A stretch of 32,000 nucleotides of DNA. Origin: Candidatus Pelagibacter sp. HTCC7211. GTDB taxonomy: Bacteria > Pseudomonadota > Alphaproteobacteria > Pelagibacterales > Pelagibacteraceae. The notes beneath the pieces were generated by a model. It was not told the DNA's origin, did no database searches, and worked only from the letters and a program-made list of their open reading frames with translations. Position numbers and translations under genes: made by a program. Numbering within the stretch: the stretch's first letter is position 1; each line of letters starts with the position of its first letter. The stretch spans positions 540,001-572,000 of the forward strand of contig NZ_DS995298.1 in NCBI RefSeq assembly GCF_000155895.1, given 5' to 3'. This document shows positions 27,856 through 32,000 of the stretch, one piece after another.

Positions 27856-28896
27856 ATGATTGCTAAAAAAATTTGTAAGACACTACTAAAAGTGTTTGCA
27901 ATTGCTTTCTTTGCCCAAGCCGCTTATGCAGAGGTAACTCTTAAGCTTGGAACCACTGGTAGACTAGGTATGCCAATTGGTGATGCAATAGATCAAGCAT
28001 TAATACCAGCCTTGGCAAAAGCTTCTGGTGGTAAAATGAAAATTGAACCACATTATCAAAAAAGCTTATGCGCTGAACAAAAATGTGGTGAACAAGCCAA
28101 TCAAGGGCTTATAGCTTTATGGACTAGTTCAACTGCAAACTATGGTAATTTTGGACCAGAGTTAGCAATTTTCGATTTGCCATTTATTTTCAAATCACTA
28201 GAAGATGCAAAAAGAATATCAGATGAATGGTTAGCTGAAAGGCAGTGTAAACTTGCTCTTGAAAACGCTGGTCATATTTGTCTTTCTGTATATTCAAGTG
28301 GTGGATTTAGACAGCTTGGAAATGCAACTAAACCAGTTCATGTTCCAGACGATATGAAGGGATTGAAATGGCGTACTACAAAGAGTCCAGTTGAGTTCAT
28401 GCTAGTTAAAAATTGGGGCGCAACTCCAACTCCTTATGACTGGAGCCAGTTATACTCAGGTCTACAGTCAGGTGTAGTTGAAGGTCAGTATGTTGCTAGT
28501 CCATGGCAGCACGTAGCAAAACTTCATGAAGTAGCAAAATATTTCACTGAAATTGGTGGTATGTGGTCAGGAAACATTCTAGCGATGGATGCAAAACAGT
28601 ACAATGCATTGTCTGATCAGCAGAGAAAATGGTTACACAAGGCAGCTGATGCTTATGGAGAAAAAGTTAACGAGTTAGATAATGCTTGGATTAAAAATGG
28701 TGAAGATGCCATTAAAGCATCTGCTAAAGAGTGGTATGTACCAACTGAAGCTGAAATGTCTAAGTGGAGAGCAGGTGCAATTGGTGCTTGGTTAGACGCT
28801 AAAGGTACTTTTGAACCAGAAGTAGCTAAAAGAGTACTTCTAGAACAAGGAATGGATGGATTCGTAGCTCAGTTAGAGAAAGCTGGGGCTCTGTAA
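27856..28896 (+). CDS. dctP: TRAP transporter substrate-binding protein (DctP family), system 2
   Basis: Signal peptide ...FFAQAAYA|EVTLK. SSGGFRQLGN...DMKGLKWRTTKS...VVEGQYVASPW aligns with SiaP NGTRQTTS...DMKGLKLRVPNA...AVDGQENP. I chose the ATG at 27856, after AAAGGA, over the track's TTG at 27841. Confidence 0.85.
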   Translation: MIAKKICKTLLKVFAIAFFAQAAYAEVTLKLGTTGRLGMPIGDAIDQALIPALAKASGGKMKIEPHYQKSLCAEQKCGEQANQGLIALWTSSTANYGNFGPELAIFDLPFIFKSLEDAKRISDEWLAERQCKLALENAGHICLSVYSSGGFRQLGNATKPVHVPDDMKGLKWRTTKSPVEFMLVKNWGATPTPYDWSQLYSGLQSGVVEGQYVASPWQHVAKLHEVAKYFTEIGGMWSGNILAMDAKQYNALSDQQRKWLHKAADAYGEKVNELDNAWIKNGEDAIKASAKEWYVPTEAEMSKWRAGAIGAWLDAKGTFEPEVAKRVLLEQGMDGFVAQLEKAGAL

Positions 28897-28916
28897 ATCG
28901 TTCAAAGAAAAACTGT

Positions 28917-28957
28917 GTAAAGATCATTTAGCTCGATAAGAGTTAGATGATCTTTAC
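28917..28957 (+). other. Intercistronic 14-bp stem-loop between dctP and dctM (system 2), no U-tract
   Basis: gtaaagatcattta (28917-28930) pairs with tagatgatctttac (28944-28957), including one G.U pair. The loop is 13 nt. Confidence 0.55.
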
Positions 28958-28986
28958 CTTAAACAATTCATAACATATAAGTATCT

Positions 28987-30270
28987 ATGGAAAGCATCAT
29001 TCTACTCGTAGTACTCCTTTTTCTAATCTTATTAGGTGCTCCCATTGGCTTCATATTAATTCTTATACCATTTGTTTATATTTTATTTACCGACGCTGTA
29101 CCGCTTGTTTTGATCCCTAGTCAAATGTTTAATGCTATTGACTCAGTGCCATTAACTGCAATTGCATTCTTTATGTTAACAGGTGAGTTAATGACAAGCG
29201 CAACAATTACAGACCGTTTAGTAGCTTTGAGCAGAGCATTAATCGGACGTATACGAGGAGGGTTGGCCCAAGTTAATGTTCTTGTGAGCATGTTTTTTGC
29301 GGGGATGAATGGTTCTGTAGTAGCAGATACAGCTACAGTTGGAGCATTAGTTTTACCAGCTATGAAAAAAGCTGGATATCCTGCTGCGTTTTCTGCTGCA
29401 GTTACAGGCGTAAGTTCAACCATAGGAGGGATAATTCCGCCTAGTATCATGATGATCGTACTTGCTAACTCAACAGAGATTTCTATTGCAGCATTATTTG
29501 CTGCTGGGATTATTCCAGGTGTATTAATAGGCGTTGTGATCATGATAATTAATCATTACTTTGCGATCAAATATAATTTTGAGCGTAGTGATGAACCATT
29601 TTCGATACGTCGAGCCGGTAAAGAATTATATAGATCGTCTTTCGCTCTTCTCATACCTTTAGTTTTGGTGGGTTCAGTAATGGGCGGTGTGGCATCAGTT
29701 GTTGAGGCTGGCGCTATCACAGCAATGGTTGCTTTATTAACAGGTGTATTCGTTTATCGAACTATTAAATGGAAAGAATGCACGGGTGCTTTTCGTCGGG
29801 CGTTTCGTAATTCAGCAATGGTTTTTATTATAATAGCTGCATCAGGACCCTTCAGTTGGTTACTTACATCTTTAGGTGCAATAGGTGATCTTGAAAGCTG
29901 GCTTCTAAGCCTCACAGATTCTCCTATTATCTTTATTTTAGCAGTGATTTTATTCATTTTTCTTCTAGGAACAGTAATGGACTCAGCGGTAAACATTATC
30001 ATAGTTGGCCCAGTGCTAGTTAACGTTATGGCTCAAGCTGGCTTTCCTGAAGTACAAGCAGCTATCGTTGTAATAGTTGGCTTTTTAATAGGATCAGTGA
30101 CACCACCTGTTGGTGTTGCGTATTTTACTGCTGCAACAATAGCACAGGTACGCCTAGAAAAGGTAGCTGTTGCATTAATTCCCTATCTAATTGGGCTGTT
30201 TTTACTTTTATTTTTTATTCTTGTTATTCCTGAATTAACCATGTTTCTTCCAAACCTAATGAGTAGTTAG
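28987..30270 (+). CDS. dctM: TRAP transporter large permease (DctM family), system 2
   Basis: 427 aa polytopic protein. NGSVVADTATVGALVLPAMKKAGY and VTPPVGVAYF correspond to the system 1 DctM motifs. Confidence 0.9.
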   Translation: MESIILLVVLLFLILLGAPIGFILILIPFVYILFTDAVPLVLIPSQMFNAIDSVPLTAIAFFMLTGELMTSATITDRLVALSRALIGRIRGGLAQVNVLVSMFFAGMNGSVVADTATVGALVLPAMKKAGYPAAFSAAVTGVSSTIGGIIPPSIMMIVLANSTEISIAALFAAGIIPGVLIGVVIMIINHYFAIKYNFERSDEPFSIRRAGKELYRSSFALLIPLVLVGSVMGGVASVVEAGAITAMVALLTGVFVYRTIKWKECTGAFRRAFRNSAMVFIIIAASGPFSWLLTSLGAIGDLESWLLSLTDSPIIFILAVILFIFLLGTVMDSAVNIIIVGPVLVNVMAQAGFPEVQAAIVVIVGFLIGSVTPPVGVAYFTAATIAQVRLEKVAVALIPYLIGLFLLLFFILVIPELTMFLPNLMSS

Positions 30271-30274
30271 CGAT

Positions 30275-30784
30275 ATGTTGAAATTTTTAAACAACATTGA
30301 CCGTTCTATCCATCGTATATTGGAAGCTATGTGCTCAATCTTTTTAGCTGCGATGGTTGGCTTCACTATTTATAACGTCACCATGCGATATGTTTTCAAT
30401 AACCCTCCTGTTTGGGGAGATCTACTAACAGTATTAAGTAATATTTGGTTGATGTTTATTGCACTTTCTTTAACAGCTAGAGATAATGAGCATATAGCTT
30501 TAAATTTAATTTATGAAAAATTACCAAATAGAATATCGCTATATATACGTCAGTTCTGGAAAGTAATGATTATGATAATTGGTATAGTTCTGATGATTTA
30601 TGGAGTTGAACTTGTAGAAGGTATGCGTGGGAAATACTGGGAGATGTGGTATTTCGAAATTAGCTTTCAGGGTATTGAGTTCAAAGAGAATTATATGCCA
30701 AAGAAATATGCAGTTGCAATCTTGCCATTAGCTGGATTTTTGACAACAGCTGGTGCTCTAATTTCTTTTGTGAAAAAGACATAG
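30275..30784 (+). CDS. dctQ: TRAP transporter small permease (DctQ family), system 2
   Basis: 169 aa with four hydrophobic helices and a WGDLLT motif region typical of DctQ. It lies downstream of dctM, an atypical order. Confidence 0.75.
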   Translation: MLKFLNNIDRSIHRILEAMCSIFLAAMVGFTIYNVTMRYVFNNPPVWGDLLTVLSNIWLMFIALSLTARDNEHIALNLIYEKLPNRISLYIRQFWKVMIMIIGIVLMIYGVELVEGMRGKYWEMWYFEISFQGIEFKENYMPKKYAVAILPLAGFLTTAGALISFVKKT

Positions 30785-30903
30785 TTTAATATATTTATTG
30801 TCACATTCTTCACTTACTTAGACTTTCTTTAATGTATACAAGTCGTAAAATCTTTGGTAATTTATATTAACAGTACATTATTTATAAATAAGTGTTGATG
30901 CAG

Positions 30904-31062
30904 ACGGGAGACAGAATAGAGCCTTAGTATTAAGGAAAATCATTCGGCCGAAGGAGCAACCACCCAGGAAACTCTCAGGTAAAAAGGACCGTAACATATT
31001 AACTCTGGAAAGAGATTAAATTCTCGCCGAAGGAGCAAAACTCTCAGGCAAATATACAGATG
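30904..31062 (+). promoter_or_regulatory. Tandem glycine riboswitch (two aptamers) in the gcvT leader
   Basis: Aptamer 1: ACGGGAGACAG...CGGCCGAAGGAGCAACC...CTCTCAGGTAAAAAGGACCGT. Aptamer 2: CTCTGGAAAGAG...CTCGCCGAAGGAGCAAAACTCTCAGGCAAATATACAGA. Both carry the conserved CCGAAGGAGCAA and CUCAGG(C/U)AAA cores. Confidence 0.9.
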
Positions 31063-31078
31063 GGTAAAACGAGTTAAT

Positions 31079-32000
31079 ATGGAAATAAAAAAGACTTCAC
31101 TAAATAATCTACACAAAGACAATCAAGCTAAATTTGTAGAGTTTGCTGGTTATGAGATGCCAATACAATACAGCAAAGGTATTATTGAGGAACATAAATT
31201 TACAAGACTTCATTCTGGAATATTTGATGTATCTCACATGGGTCAGCTATTTATATATGGTGATGAAAACTTAACAGAAGAATTAGAAAAAATTTTTCCT
31301 TTAGATTTAAAAAATCTAAAACAAAACAGTTCTAAGTATAGTTTTTTAATGAACGAGGATGCTGGAATTTATGATGATCTAATTATTACTAAAATTGAAG
31401 ATGGATATTTAATTATACTAAATGCTGCATGCAAAGATAAAGATTTTGAGATTTTATCCAATCTTCTAGGTACGAAATTTAAAATGAATTTAGACAACAA
31501 TAGATCATTGATAGCAATTCAGGGACCTAAGTCTGTTGAAATTTTAAACTCAATTATAAATGGGGTCGACCAACTAAATTTTATGTCAGGAAATTGGTTT
31601 GATTCTGATAATCAAAAATTATTTGTCACTAGATCAGGTTACACAGGTGAAGATGGATTTGAAGTATCAATTTCTAACGATAAAGCTGAAAAATTTGTGC
31701 AAAATCTAATTGAAAAAGGGGCACAACTTATAGGACTTGGGGCAAGAGATACCTTGAGATTAGAAGCTGGATTATGTTTATATGGTCACGAACTAAATTT
31801 AAATAAAACACCAATTGAAGCAAACCTTAAATGGGCAATCTCAAAATCAAGATTGTCAAATGGAGGTTTTATTGGATCAGAAAAAATTATGAACCAAATA
31901 CAAGATGGAGCAAATCAAATAAGAGTAGGGATTAAACCTAAAGGTAGATTGATTGCTAGAGAAAAAACTAAAATATTTAATGATACAGAGTCGCAAATCG
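31079..32000 (+). CDS. gcvT: Glycine cleavage system aminomethyltransferase (T protein), 3'-truncated by window edge
   Basis: The frame is open from the ATG at 31079 to the window end. MEIKKTSLNNLHKDNQAKFVEFAGYEMPIQY...GIFDVSHMGQ...TRSGYTGEDGFE...GLGARDTLRLEAGLCLYGHEL. It is absent from the supplied ORF track because no stop codon lies inside the window. Confidence 0.93.
   Translation, partial: MEIKKTSLNNLHKDNQAKFVEFAGYEMPIQYSKGIIEEHKFTRLHSGIFDVSHMGQLFIYGDENLTEELEKIFPLDLKNLKQNSSKYSFLMNEDAGIYDDLIITKIEDGYLIILNAACKDKDFEILSNLLGTKFKMNLDNNRSLIAIQGPKSVEILNSIINGVDQLNFMSGNWFDSDNQKLFVTRSGYTGEDGFEVSISNDKAEKFVQNLIEKGAQLIGLGARDTLRLEAGLCLYGHELNLNKTPIEANLKWAISKSRLSNGGFIGSEKIMNQIQDGANQIRVGIKPKGRLIAREKTKIFNDTESQI

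Noticed and set aside
29121-29543. 140-aa minus-strand ORF inside dctM (system 2). The 82-aa ORF at 29754-30002 is a similar case.
   Set aside because: It is antisense to a well-supported DctM gene. The translation is low-complexity and rich in A, I, P and T, as expected from the reverse frame of a hydrophobic gene with elevated GC.
27709-30900. Mobile-element signatures (integrase, transposase, tRNA target, flanking direct repeats) around the high-GC TRAP island
   Set aside because: I searched both flanks by eye and found only trivial A/T matches such as GTTTAAT. No recombinase ORF is present, so the island cannot be called a mobile element from this window.
30940-31122. 60-aa minus-strand ORF
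   Set aside because: It lies antisense across the glycine riboswitch and the gcvT start. The open frame is a by-product of the GC-richer structured RNA.
1-32000. CRISPR arrays, tRNA or rRNA genes, toxin-antitoxin pairs and known defence-system gene sets
   Set aside because: There are no spaced repeat arrays and no GC-rich cloverleaf-like intergenic segments. Every ORF above about 120 aa has a housekeeping, transport or envelope assignment.

Overview
The window is very AT-rich, with spot counts of about 23-33% G+C outside one island. Genes are packed extremely tightly: many adjacent genes share TAATG or ATGA junctions, and convergent genes abut or overlap. Together with a tandem glycine riboswitch in front of gcvT, this fits a streamlined marine alphaproteobacterium of the SAR11/Pelagibacterales type. 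That assignment is an inference from composition and gene order, not a database hit.

Gene content, left to right:
- a three-gene periplasmic glycan module (GT-C transferase, GT2, PL5-like lyase)
- umuDC with an alphaproteobacterial-type SOS box
- two tandem GFA-domain paralogs, a GLYK-like kinase and tolC
- recA, alaS, icd
- psd, pssA, a GT8-like gene and rlmE
- guaB, a small exported TPR gene and guaA
- panB and a TerC-family gene
- TRAP transporter 1 (dctPQM)
- a second small TPR gene, then 5-oxoprolinase genes split across a 28-bp divergent gap (pxpA | pxpBC), then an EamA transporter
- TRAP transporter 2, which has clearly higher G+C and an unusual P-M-Q gene order
- the glycine riboswitch and the 5' part of gcvT, an open-ended ORF absent from the supplied track

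I found no CRISPR array, tRNA or rRNA gene, transposase, integrase or recognisable defence system. I cannot point to a clear-cut novel multi-gene system.

The observations most worth follow-up are:
- the compositionally foreign TRAP island
- a naturally CBS-less IMP dehydrogenase, with an exported TPR gene translationally wedged between guaB and guaA and a look-alike TPR gene coupled to pxpA
- the umuDC SOS operator, plus an array of SOS-box-like direct repeats facing the tandem GFA genes
- the GT-C/GT2/lyase trio
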